A DNA stretch of 64,000 nucleotides, filler included, from Asterionella formosa (lineage: Eukaryota), in NCBI GenBank assembly GCA_002256025.1. It is 17 parts of 17 records of this genome, joined end to end, with 100 filler letters (N's around TTAATTAATTAA, not from the genome) between each part and the next. Parts side by side here need not be neighbours in the genome. Positions count along the whole stretch, not along the records: positions 37,402 to 39,363 come from NKIB01000757.1; positions 39,464 to 41,424 come from NKIB01000758.1; positions 41,525 to 43,485 come from NKIB01000759.1; positions 43,586 to 45,545 come from NKIB01000760.1; positions 45,646 to 47,605 come from NKIB01000762.1; positions 47,706 to 49,665 come from NKIB01000763.1; 11 more parts are not named here. One strand, given 5' to 3'. Within the stretch, counting starts at the first letter, position 1. Every line of letters starts with the position of its first letter. Below, one piece after another: positions 37,402 to 48,757 of this stretch. The position numbers were made by a program, and so were the translations under genes. The notes under the pieces are model-generated. The model was not told the origin of the DNA, ran no database searches, and saw nothing but the letters and a program-made list of their open reading frames with translations.

Positions 37402-38259
37402 TCATCTAGGTCATCTGGCATGTCTACCATGGGAACCGCCATGGTGTCAGCAAACAAAGGGGCAAGGTCTTCAGAGTACTTCAGTGTTTTCCTCACATAT
37501 CCGTCTAGAACTTCTAACGTTTTGGCGTACTGGCGTCTGTCACTTTGTTCTTCATAGCATTCAAATACGTTTCCGTTCATGCCCTCTGTGCTGCCCTTAA
37601 AAATGCCAAAGCTGTTGCTTGTTGCTTGTGTCTTTGCCCGGCCACCACGGCTCCCGCGTGGACGGTTGTCCCTTCGCCCTCGCCCACTGGTGCTGCCGCG
37701 TCCACTCGCTAAGCTGCCGCTTGTCGTTGCGTCTGGGGTGGCGCTCATGGGGTTCGTTGGCTCCTTGATTGGTGGCTGCGGCCTTCAGCTGCGCTACTCG
37801 AATCTATAAAGTGTTCAAAACTTCGATTGAAATGTCGAAACTCCAGCCTTCCATGTGAATGGCTGTTCCTTTTGTTTTATTTTATTTTTATTTTTATCTC
37901 GAAACAATGTTGTAACAACTACCGTATTCGACCGTTTCGTAGGCCTTGAACCTAGTACTGTGTTAATCGAATACAGTTGATGAAATTGATAGCAACGAGG
38001 AAGTTGTCAAACTTAATCTTTCACTTTACTAACTGGATTCTTTCGAGATAATGGTCTCGAAACACTCTTATTACTCACATTACATTTTAACATTTTTTCC
38101 CGACCTCTGATTGCTTTTCCTTGCGTTGTGCCTTTTACCACGTCAGCCCAGGTAAATCTTGGTAGCGGCTGTACGGTTTTAACTGTAGTACTGTTCTCGC
38201 TCGTGTCTACTATACCCTTCACTCCTGTTCTGTGGCAGTCAGCTCGCATTTTTCCAACA
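37402..38259 (-). mobile_element. Ty1/Copia (CoDi-type) 5' end: 352-bp LTR (38259-37908) and start of gag (37748 downward)
   Basis: LTR TGTTGG...CAACA, then a leader, then an RG-rich gag with FKGSTEGMNGNVFECYEE...QYAKTLE. The LTR interrupts repeat R1. Confidence 0.85.
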
Positions 38260-38863
38260 ATCCTCATCAATAGAGAGACAAGTTCTTTCGTTGGAAAAAT
38301 TGGTACCCGTGGTATCATCATTCGCTCGTGGGAACCACTGTCCGTTGCCTCAAACCTGATTAGCGTGTGAGTACCGGCATGTGCACTGTCGACTTTAGTA
38401 CATTACAGGCGGAGTGACTTCGCTACTAAATTGCGTGATATAATAATATACCCTGTAGCACGATGCAGAATACAGTTGCTTCCCAATCATCTCATCATGT
38501 TTGATAAGATGATACCAGGTACCAGGTACTGTGATATCATGATAAGGTTACATCGATTCATACATCACCAAAGTATGATAAGTAATATTGAATAAAGTAC
38601 ATCACAGAACTATGATACACTGATCATAAAATTATGATGATTTTATGTAATAATTATGATATTTTTGTGATCAAAATATGATTATGTTAAAATAATACAA
38701 TGATAATAAAATACGATAAAATATATACGCAAGTGTTACCAAGACATCATAGAAAATAAATCAAGCAATCATAAAGTATGTTAATTAATATATGTGTTTG
38801 TCGTTTAATGTATACAGTTAAAGTCAACAGTTAGCTAATATGATAGTATTATACAGTGGATAG
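38260..38863 (-). repeat. Repeat R1, copy 2 (partial, inverted, cut by the Copia LTR)
   Basis: Reverse complement aligns with ~42232-42833 and ~5828-6428. Confidence 0.9.
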
Positions 38864-39025
38864 CAAGTGTTGGTCGATCAATCGGCGAAATCACTGGAGA
38901 AACAGATGTAATAGGACCCTCTGTGATTAGGCTAGGAGAAGCGACTGGAGATGCAGAAGAAACTGGGGGTGCATCAGGAGGAAGTGTAGCAAGTGTTGGT
39001 CGATCAATCGGCGAAATCACTGGAG

Positions 39026-39363
39026 AAAGCAATGAATTTACCAGGGAAGAGAAGCTCCTCTGTAATAAATTTAGATCCGGTGTAGAGGAACGGAGTGCCA
39101 ATGAGGAGGAAGAACAACGGGTTGATTCTCAACACAGTCGACAAGAGTTCGAAACCAATACTAAGCCAAACACTTGTGAGAACAATATTGGCGGGAAGGT
39201 AGAGAAGATTTGATCTGAATTGGTCTTCTTTCAATGTGACAGTGCAAATTCCAGTGTCGATCTAGCATTTTGGAGATGTTGAGACTGCAAACTTCGATCC
39301 AGTTTCCTTGAGCTCCGTCTTCAATGCGTCAAACTCAGCATCTGGCATCATCGGTTCACCTTT
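39026..39363 (-). pseudogene. PGRL1: PGRL1-like gene fragment (central/C-terminal part) with an in-frame stop
   Basis: KGEPMMPDAEFDALKTELKETGSKFAVSTSPKC*IDTGICTVTLKEDQFRSNLLYLPA...two TM helices...IAF. TAG at 39264-39262. The fragment breaks off before the C-terminal CxxC region. Confidence 0.75.
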
Positions 39364-39463
39364 NNNNNNNNNNNNNNNNNNNNNNNNNNNNNNNNNNNNN
39401 NNNNNNNTTAATTAATTAANNNNNNNNNNNNNNNNNNNNNNNNNNNNNNNNNNNNNNNNNNNN

Positions 39464-41232
39464 AGAAAAAGAAGGAAAGGATGCTGAGTAGCTGACAATA
39501 AGGAATTGAATCCGTTATTTCGTTAAGAAACAGCTGTTGCATATTTCAACCTTGCATGTCGCCGTAGTGAGTCAAAATTGAGATGTGCCACAATGGCCAT
39601 CTCCGTTTCGGAGCAGCTACAAATAGTCTACAGCAATAACTCGAGCAAGTACAATATAGAAAAAGAAGGAAAGGATGCTGAGTAGCTGACAATAAGGAAT
39701 TGAATCCGTTATTTTGTTAAGAAACAGCTGTTGCATATTTTAACATTCAATGCATGTCGCCGTAGTGAGTCAAAATTGAGATGTGCAGCAATGGCCATCT
39801 CCGTTTCGGAGCAGCTACAAATAGTCTACAGCAATAACTCTAGCAAGTACAATATAGAAAAAGAAGGAAAGGATGCTGAGTAGCTGACAATAAGGAATTG
39901 AATCCGTTATTTCGTTAAGAAACAGCTGTTGCATATTTCAACCTTGCATGTCGCCGTAGTGAGTCAAAATTGAGATGTGCTGCAATGGCCATCTCCGTTT
40001 CGGAGCAGCAACAAATAGTCTACAGCGATAACTCTAGCAATTACAATAAAGAAAAAGAAGGAAAGGATGCTGAGTAGCTGACAATAAGGAATTGAATCCG
40101 TTATTTCGTTAAGAAACAGCTGTTGCATATTTCAACCTTGCATGTCGCCGTAGTGAGTCAAAATTGAGATGTGCTGCAATGGCCTTCTCCGTTTCGGAGC
40201 AGCTACAAATAGTCTACAGCGATAACTCTAGCAAGTACCATAAAGAAAAAGAAGGAAAGGATGCTGAGTAGCTGACAATAAGGAATTGAATCCGTTATTT
40301 AGTTAAGAAACAGCTGTTGCATATTTCAACCTTGCATGTCGCCGTAGTGAGTCAAAATTGAGATGTGCCTCAATGGCCATCTCCGTTTCGGAGCAGCTAC
40401 AAATAGTCTACAGCTATAAGTCTAGCAAGTACAATATAGAAAAAGAAGGAAAGGATGCTGAGTAGCTGACAATAAGGAATTGAATCCGTTATTTTGTTAA
40501 GAAACAGCTGTTGCATACTTTAACATTCAATGCATGTCGCCGTAGTGAGTCAAAATTGAGATGTGCTGCAATGGCCATCTCCGTTTCGGAGCAGCTACAA
40601 ATAGTCTACAGCAATAAGTCTAGCAATTACCATAAAGAAAAAGAAGGAAAGGATGCTGAGTAGCTGACAATAAGGAATTGAATCCGTTATTTCGTTAAGA
40701 AACAGCTGTTGCATATTTCAACCTTGCATGTCGCCGTAGTGAGTCAAAATTGAGATGTGCTGCAATGGCCTTCTCCGTTTCGGAGCAGCTACAAATAGTC
40801 TACAGCGATAACTCTAGCAATTACCATAAAGAAAAAGAAGGAAAGGATGCTGAGTAGCTGACAATAAGGAATTGAATCCGTTATTTCGTTAAGAAACAGC
40901 TGTTGCATATTTCAACCTTGCATGTCGCCGTAGTGAGTCAAAATTGAGATGTGCAGCAATGGCCTTCTCCGTTTCGGAGCAGCTACAAATAGTCTACAGC
41001 GATAACTCTAGCAAGTACCATAAAGAAAAAGAAGGAAAGGATGCTGAGTAGCTGACAATAAGGAATTGAATCCGTTATTTCGTTAAGAAGCAGCTGTTGC
41101 ATATTTCAACCTTGCATGTCGCCGTAGTGAGTCAAAATTGAGATGTGCCACAATGGCCATCTCCGTTTCGGAGCAGCTACAAATAGTCTACAGCAATAAG
41201 TCGAGCAAGTACAATATAGAAAAAGAAGGAAA
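39464..41232. repeat. 194/198-bp satellite array, ~9 copies
   Basis: ATGCTGAGTAGC at 39481, 39675, 39873, 40067, 40261, 40455, 40653, 40847 and 41041. The same unit occurs at 53270-53783 and 53884-53960. Confidence 0.98.
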
Positions 41233-41879
41233 GAATGAGTTGCTGTCAACAATTGAATTAGTAAATCAGTAATATTAGTAAAAATTTTGGTTCCTAGTAG
41301 TTCATTTGCCCTTTGACAATAGTCAATTTGTCAAAATTGAAATTCATTTTCACTAAACTGGAGTGAAGTTCAATTGTCTTGCAACTTCTTTCATTGACCG
41401 TTTGAAATACTCATATTCAATCCTNNNNNNNNNNNNNNNNNNNNNNNNNNNNNNNNNNNNNNNNNNNNTTAATTAATTAANNNNNNNNNNNNNNNNNNNN
41501 NNNNNNNNNNNNNNNNNNNNNNNNCCCGCCGTATCAAACGGTTTCGAATAAGAGGAGTTGGAACGAAGAGATGTGACAAGAACTGACCTGACACTTCTGT
41601 CCGACTTGGTCGATGGATGTCTCCCGCTTATTTGTGACTTCCTGCGCAACAAAACTTGCCACAACGACGAATCAAACGGTTTCGAATATGAGGAGTGGTT
41701 GGAACGAAGAGACTTGTCATAAACATGACACTTCTGTCCGAGTCGGTCGATGGAGCAAAAGAAACGACACCAGCGTCCGGTTATTTGCTAATGGCTGTAC
41801 TTGATTAAAAACAAATAACCATTTTGTTAGTAACTATTTATGAGTAAATAAAAATTCTTACTTCCATCTTTCCCCATAG

Positions 41880-42087
41880 AAATCAAGCAAAAACGAAACT
41901 AGTCCTGACGAGGAATACTGTGTCGTCGATCCGGAAAGTGGGGAACTCATTCGTCTCACAGTAGCCGAAAAGGAGCGTATCTTTCTGGACGCGCTTCAGT
42001 CCTACGATGCCACTGGAAGGCAAATGCTCAAGGATGACGAGTTTGACCTATTGAAGGAAGATTTGCAATGGAAGAACGGATCTGAGC
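41880..42087 (+). pseudogene. PGRL1: PGRL1-like gene fragment (N-terminal part of the mature protein), truncated at repeat R1
   Basis: PDEEYCVVDPESGELIRLTVAEKERIFLDALQSYDATGRQMLKDDEFDLLKEDLQWKNGS resembles the PGRL1 motif FLxALQSFY...EFDNLKEELMWEGS. It is preceded by an intron-like pyrimidine tract and AG. Confidence 0.75.
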
Positions 42088-43422
42088 ATATATATAGCTA
42101 AAACAAGGAAAGACGACACAACAATGAACGTGATGGCTGGTTGTTGAGGATACCTGTATGTGATATGCATCAATCCATATCACAAATCATATTATAGTGA
42201 TGTACATATCAACGCATCCGTATACTTAGATCCTATCCACTGTATAATACTATCATATTAAGTGTTGACTTTAACTGTATATATTAAACGACAAACATAT
42301 ATATTAATTAACATACTTTATAACTGCTTGATTTATATTCTGTGATGTATCAATAACACTTGCGTACATATTTTATCGTATTTTATTGTCATTGTACAAT
42401 TTTTACATGATCATATTTTGATCAAAATTATATCAAAAAACATTTTATAAAATCATCATAATTTTATGATGAATGTATCATAGCTATGTTAGGTGCTTTA
42501 TTCAATATTACGTATCATACTTCGGTGATGTATGCATCGATTTAACCTTATCATGATATCACAGTATCATCTTATCAATCATGATGAGATGATTGGGAAG
42601 CAACTGTATTCTGCATCGTGCTACAGGGTATCATATATTATTATATCACGCAATTTAGTAGCGAAGTCACTCCGCCTGTAATGTACTAAAGTCGACAGTG
42701 CACATACCGGGTACCAGTACTCAAACGCTAATCAGGTTTGAGGCAACGGACAGGTTCCAACGAGCGAATTGATGATACCACGAGTACCAATTTTTCCAAC
42801 GAAAGAAGCAACTTGTCTCTCTATTGATGAGGATGACACGGACATGGACACCGACTTTTTCAGGAGCAAACAACAATGAAGAGACCCACTTCGTCTGCGT
42901 CGCTCTATTGATGGAAAAAAAGATGCGGACAAGTTCAACAGTGAATACAAAGAACAACATACCATTGAAAACAAGTCGACAGTGTGTGCACGCACACGCC
43001 AAGCAAGTTTGAGGCAACGGACAATTCCAACAAGCAAATGACGATACAGATATCAAATTCTTCCTACGAGCAAACAACAATGAAAAGAGCCACTTGCTTT
43101 CGCTCTCTTGCTTGATGGTATCAAAGATGCGGACAAGTTCAATAGTTAATTAAAGTACAGTATGCCAAATGCAGAAACGAGCGAGCGATATGAAAATGAA
43201 ATGCGTTCTAATCAGAATCATTCTATAACTATAGCTATGTGGACAGTAGTCTGTTACGCACATTTTCGTATCTCTTTCTATGCTGAATCGAAATTGTAGA
43301 TGTAGTATCATGTGAGAATTGAAAATTTCAACAAGAACAAGTACCGGTAGAATGTGTCTGTTTACGGGTTGATTGGCGAGATTGTCATGCTGAAGTGGAC
43401 GAAACGGATATACTTTGTGCGC
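42086..43422 (+). repeat. Repeat R1, copy 3
   Basis: Colinear with 5675-7058 from GCATATATATAGCT to TTTGTGCGC. Confidence 0.9.
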
Positions 43423-43585
43423 AAAATCGGAAGTTGGTAGGGTTTATAATGTCGTTTATTTCTCCGTTCTGAATGATTGGACCATNNNNNNNNNNNNNNN
43501 NNNNNNNNNNNNNNNNNNNNNNNNNNNNNTTAATTAATTAANNNNNNNNNNNNNNNNNNNNNNNNNNNNNNNNNNNNNNNNNNNN

Positions 43586-45545
43586 CCAGGACAAATCTGA
43601 AACCCATCTATGAATTTCTCACAGCAGCAACCACAAACACACTCCCAGGTGAATTGAATCTCCGATCTGGCTATGCTGGTAATGACTCCTGAGAGAGAGG
43701 TTCCGGTTTTTTTAATCCAAGCGCCATAGTAAACTTTCAACCAGAGACAATCTGCTTTTGAGGGACGCTCGAGGGAGACCGGGTCATTGGATTTCATAAA
43801 AGCTGGGTGGAGAAGGACCCGTACTCTGTAGGATGGGTCAGACAGAAATGTAGTAGGTTTGGGTTAAGTCAGTGGAAGGCATCCTTTGTCCGATTTTTTA
43901 ATCCTTTCAAAGTTCTTGGCCATTGGAAGGATGGCTGTAGTTTCAATAACTCCTTATGGGACCACTTAGAAACTGCTCGAATAGTAGAATCATCATCACA
44001 GATGATTGTAGAGTAGATAACAATGTTTTTCTTTACTGCATCAATCATCATTTCCACACCAGCATCTGGTTCAATTGCTTTCGAACTACCAGTTACATGA
44101 TTCTTTGGACAAACATGTTCCTTCATTGGTTTCTTTTACCATATAGCCCTGTTGCAAACATTACAGACCTTAGATTTCACTCTGTAGTCTAGTATCTTTT
44201 TCGAATACCCGCCAATACAAAAAGCATGTCCACTTACAGAGTTGTAATTATTCCCGCTGGACCGCTGCTGCTGCCAGCCGATATCGTAGTAACTAACAGT
44301 GAGTCGAGGCATATTCAGTACAGGCAAGCAATCCGTACCATTCAAACTGTTCCACCACTGAAAATCACGTCCTTTGTCAGCCCAGTCTCCTCGTATATGC
44401 ACATTGAGTGTCCGATATATTTCCTCCTTACATGCCTCTTTCATTACAAGAACGGTTGAAGTAACTTTAGCGTTTCCTACCAGTTCCTCTACTGCACAAA
44501 AGTTACCTTGCTTGAGTAGACCAAAATCCAAAGGTAAGTGGAAGATTCATTGCGGAGCAGATGATATCTGCATCTGCCAGTCCCATTCCGGCTTTGTGAC
44601 AACCCAAAATAAACTGTTTGTAGATAAAAAATTGTTTTGCTTCTATTGCGTTATTTTTTATCTCATCATTTATTTCTCCATCGCTGTTGCTTCTTGCAGA
44701 TTTGAGTTTAGAAATCAGTTTCTGACAGGTCAAACAGGAGACTTTGAATTCGCTTGCCAAGCCGTAATTTTTGGTAGAGACAAGAATCAACGGTTGTTTC
44801 ATTGTTGAAATCGGAAAGTCAAACACATCCTGCTCCAGAAATGCTTCACATTGCTGTTCAATGGACAGTTTTTGATGTCTATTTGATGTAAAGTAAGTTA
44901 CAAAGTCACGAAGTAATTTTTTGCAATCTTCTTTTACAAATTTATTAACACAGCTTTTGCAATACATACGTCTGCAAATAAAAAGTATCATGCATATAGG
45001 ATCAAGGGTATCGTACGCTAAGTGGCACAGGATTTTCGTATATATGATAATTTTTGGATCAAAATATGATCAAGGTATCTTGTAACTATGATGATTTATT
45101 AATATTTTACCGACCTTAAAGTATAATGATAATAAGAACATTATCATCACACAATGTATATAAACGGATCAACAGCATTTCCCATCAATATCATAAACCT
45201 TCTCATATTATTTTCACTTCTTGTGATTGCCCGATGTAAATTATAAGTACAACGTATCCTAAAACCAGCTCAACTCTATGCTATCATGTGAATTGTTTCA
45301 TCGTAAATCTATCGTAAACATGATCATAATTCTAATCACAAGCATTGTTCAAAATAGATTGAAATGGATCGTAATTTAACTATCAAGTTAAGCAATGCTA
45401 TCTATTAATCTACATGCCAGCGACCCAACGTTTCTCTCTCTACTCAGCTCAATGTATATTGTTCCTGTCTCGCCAATTTCTTCCTCTTTTCTGAATCGTG
45501 TGCGAGACAGTGCCTTACTGATGCTGCGTCTATTTCCCTGCTGTA
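43586..45545 (-). mobile_element. Disrupted PF20700-type DDE transposase (annotated Mutator-like; probably Kolobok-related), copy A
   Basis: LTVSYYDIGWQQQRSSG...SGHAFCIGG..KKILDY..KSKVC..C, HVCPKNH..GSSKA.E and IICDDDST. Reverse complement of 55942-57899. Confidence 0.8.
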
Positions 45546-45645
45546 NNNNNNNNNNNNNNNNNNNNNNNNNNNNNNNNNNNNNNNNNNNNTTAATTAATTA
45601 ANNNNNNNNNNNNNNNNNNNNNNNNNNNNNNNNNNNNNNNNNNNN

Positions 45646-45986
45646 TGATGCTGCCCTGCAAAAGTGTAAAACGTAAAGTAATAAGAAAATAATTTTTGTA
45701 GTATTAACGGAGTAAAAATAAACACGGTTTGGGGGGAAAATATATACATGTACAGATAGAAAAATATGCACTGTAAGCCACCGCTATGCAATAATCTTAG
45801 TGACTTTGGAAAAATTATTTCTTCATGGCTAGATACACTGAATCAAAACTGATTCCTTAATAGTATAGCAGAGAGCATTGTCTAACATAAGCTTTGTACT
45901 TGCGTCAAGTTTTGATCGTTGAATTACATAAATATTTTTAGTCGAAAGATAGAGTAAAATAGCGGTGGCTTACAGTTTTTAAGTGG
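45646..45986. mobile_element. Right end of a CCACTTAAAAACTG-terminated element
   Basis: Homologous to ~49160-49490. Ends CAGTTTTTAAGTGG|TA and is followed by CCAGG TA CCGG TA. Confidence 0.8.
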
Positions 45987-46230
45987 TACCAGGTACCGGT
46001 ATGTATTCCATCACAATTGCATCTTTCCTGAAGGCTGCCCTTTGATCGAGAGGGGTGTCAGTGTGTCGAAATCCAGCTAAACTGTCAGTCCTACTGGTGC
46101 ATAAGTACACACAGTTACAGTACCAGGTACCCCGTCAACAAGTTTTTTGCTTAAGCAAAGACTATGCTAAATATCTCGATTACCGCACCTTCCAGTCGTA
46201 GTCCTAATTTTGCATTCGTTAGCTGTTTTA

Positions 46231-47474
46231 GAGCATCTCCACCGCATCGACCAAATACCAAAGCCAATTGCAGTTGAAAATATCAATACACGTCACTTGG
46301 TCGAGAAATTTTTTATCAATAGTCGAATTTTTCTTTTTTTTTCCCACCGCATCGACCAAATCTTATATTAGTCAAATCTCGCGCCTAAATTATTAGCCAA
46401 TAGAAATAAAGGTAGACTGTAGTTTCGTGTGTATCGCTTTTAATTCATGAAGTAGCCGCATACATACCTTATTCTTAAACAGCTAGCAATACTCCTACCG
46501 GTACTATCTGGTACTGCCCATCAAAAAATATTACAACTATGTACTTGAATATTGTTCGTAGAGAATTGTGGCTTCTTTATTATTACCAATAAATATGACT
46601 TTTGTTTCGACACAGCGAAAATGAGCAATGATAGCGACTCGTCAGATGACGATCGCTTCTTCCACTTCCGCGATATGCGGAAGCAACGCGAGAATGCCAA
46701 GCAAGAAAGAAACAAGGGAGGAGGATCAAAGGTGGGAAAGGCATCCAATCTCAATCGTTTTCGGACAGACTATGACAAGCTTTTGAAAAAGGATTATTTC
46801 GGTGAAAATCCGATTTACTCGTCAGCAATGTTCAGGAGGCGCTTCCGGATGAGACGTTCGTTGTTTGAGAAGATTCTTGATGATTTGGTTTCTTCGGATT
46901 CTTACTTTTCTCAGAAGAAGTATGCCTTGGGTTTACTGGGATTTTCGCCACACCAAAAACTTACCTCGGCGCTTCGCATGGTAGCCTATGGAACATCGGC
47001 TGATCAGTTGGATGATTTAACAAGGATGTCAGAGTCAACAACACTCAACAACTTGCAACACTTCTGTAACGCAATAATCAACAGGTATGGGAAAGAGTAT
47101 CTTAGAGCTCCGACCAAAGAGGACCTTGAGATGATTCTACGTTTGCATGAAGGAAAGGGTTGGCCGGGTCTTCTTGGTTCATTGGATGTCATGCATTGGG
47201 AGTGGAAAAACTGTCCCAAAGCACACAGAGGAGCATATCAAGGAAAAGAAGGAGTGGCGACAATTGCTTTGGAAGCTGCGGTTGATTGTAGACTTTGGTT
47301 CTGGCATGCATGGTTTGGAATGCCCGGGGCAAACAATGATCTTAATATTTTGGATCGTTCACCGTTTTTCCATGATTTGTCAGCTGGAAGGACTCCAAAA
47401 GTACAGTTTGCCATCAACAACCAACAACACAATCTGGGGTATTATTTGGTTGACGGAATCTACCCAAATTGGCA
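46231..47474 (+). mobile_element. Pong/PIF-like element: left TIR plus 3'-truncated Plant_tran (PF04827-like) transposase (ATG 46621)
   Basis: TTA|GAGCATCTCCA terminus. FRRRFRMRRSLF, ALRMVAYG, GSLDVMHWEWKNCP, GANNDLNIL and GYYLVDGIYPNW, after which similarity stops abruptly. Confidence 0.9.
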
Positions 47475-47705
47475 TATGCACACCCACCCTTCCACTTTGG
47501 GGCATCCTTCAAAATTCGCCAACACCCTTCGAACAGGAATTCTCTACCCATTTTCCTTCCTTTTCCCTCTAATTTAAATAGTTCCCTGGCTTCTTCAAGA
47601 TAGTTNNNNNNNNNNNNNNNNNNNNNNNNNNNNNNNNNNNNNNNNNNNNTTAATTAATTAANNNNNNNNNNNNNNNNNNNNNNNNNNNNNNNNNNNNNNN
47701 NNNNN

Positions 47706-48430
47706 ATTCACTAGAATAATGAAGGGATGCTCTTCAACTTTACCAACATCTGGTGGTTCTGTCCTGGACTGAACAATCGTATTCCGGGAAAGGAACTGTA
47801 ACTTTCCATCCTCAACCATTCCTGTTTTTATAATTAAGTATTCTTGTTTGGAACAGGAAGCCAACAGCAAGCACGACACCTCATTTTGAACTTACTTTTG
47901 AAACCCTTTCTGATTGATGTTGAAACAGCATTCCTTTTTTCAGACATAATTTTGTTGATGTCACACTTATATGTGAACCAAAATGATTCAAACTCTTCGT
48001 CAGTACCATTTCTGAGTGATGGGAAATGATAACGAACAGCACCAGCAATGCTGTCGGGTTCCCTAATTTCCAAATCATAATCACCTGTGACGAATTTAAC
48101 TTTTGGAAACAATTCCTCTCTGACCCAGCTAGCCAGAAGGTTTGTCCAATGTTTGCACCGGCCAATTCCACCTACTACTCCAATTTTTAAACGGTTGTTT
48201 TCAGCTGCTAATTCACGTAGGCGCTTGATTTCCTGTGTACTCTCAGACAATAGAATTTGGAGTTTATCTCTTTCTTGTTCAGCCGTCAACCTCCCATCTC
48301 CTTTGACTCTCTCTTCCTATTCATTATACTCCTCAAGTTGATAATCGTCGTATCCATCCGATGCAGGATTGTCTGGTATGGAGTCTGTATCAGACAACGA
48401 TGCAGAATTGTGTCGATTAGCCCACATGGT
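47706..48430 (-). CDS. Partial transposon-associated hypothetical protein, paralog of the 55400-55800 ORF
   Basis: Coiled coil, then GIGRCKHW...WVREELFPKVKF...KRNAVST, compared with GIGRDKHW...WVKLELFPKVK at 55454-55753. Apparent intron after KGFK. Confidence 0.5.
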
Positions 48431-48757
48431 GGTGGATTGGCAAAAGTTAAGTTAACACGTAGTTTGTTAAAACAACAAAATCATCTACTAGTGACAGCAC
48501 TTCTAAGTACTATTGGAGACAATCAATGCTCGTGATGTGTTGATGCACGGCATACCTACCCGGTAGTTATCATAATATTGCTTTTATGAATTTAACTGGC
48601 GCGATAATTAGCCAGGCTGACGAGTTACTACCGGTACCAGGTATTATGTCTACGTCTTTTATCAGCACCTTTAAGTACCACCTACGGTTATGGTGGTACT
48701 ATGTTTTTCCCTATTATTTTCTGTCGCAGCTCTGTATGTCCCAGATCTCACCTGGTA

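Noticed and set aside
39464..41232. CRISPR-like array
   Set aside because: The whole 194-bp unit repeats. There are no unique spacers and no cas genes. The same applies to the 22-bp and 189-bp arrays.
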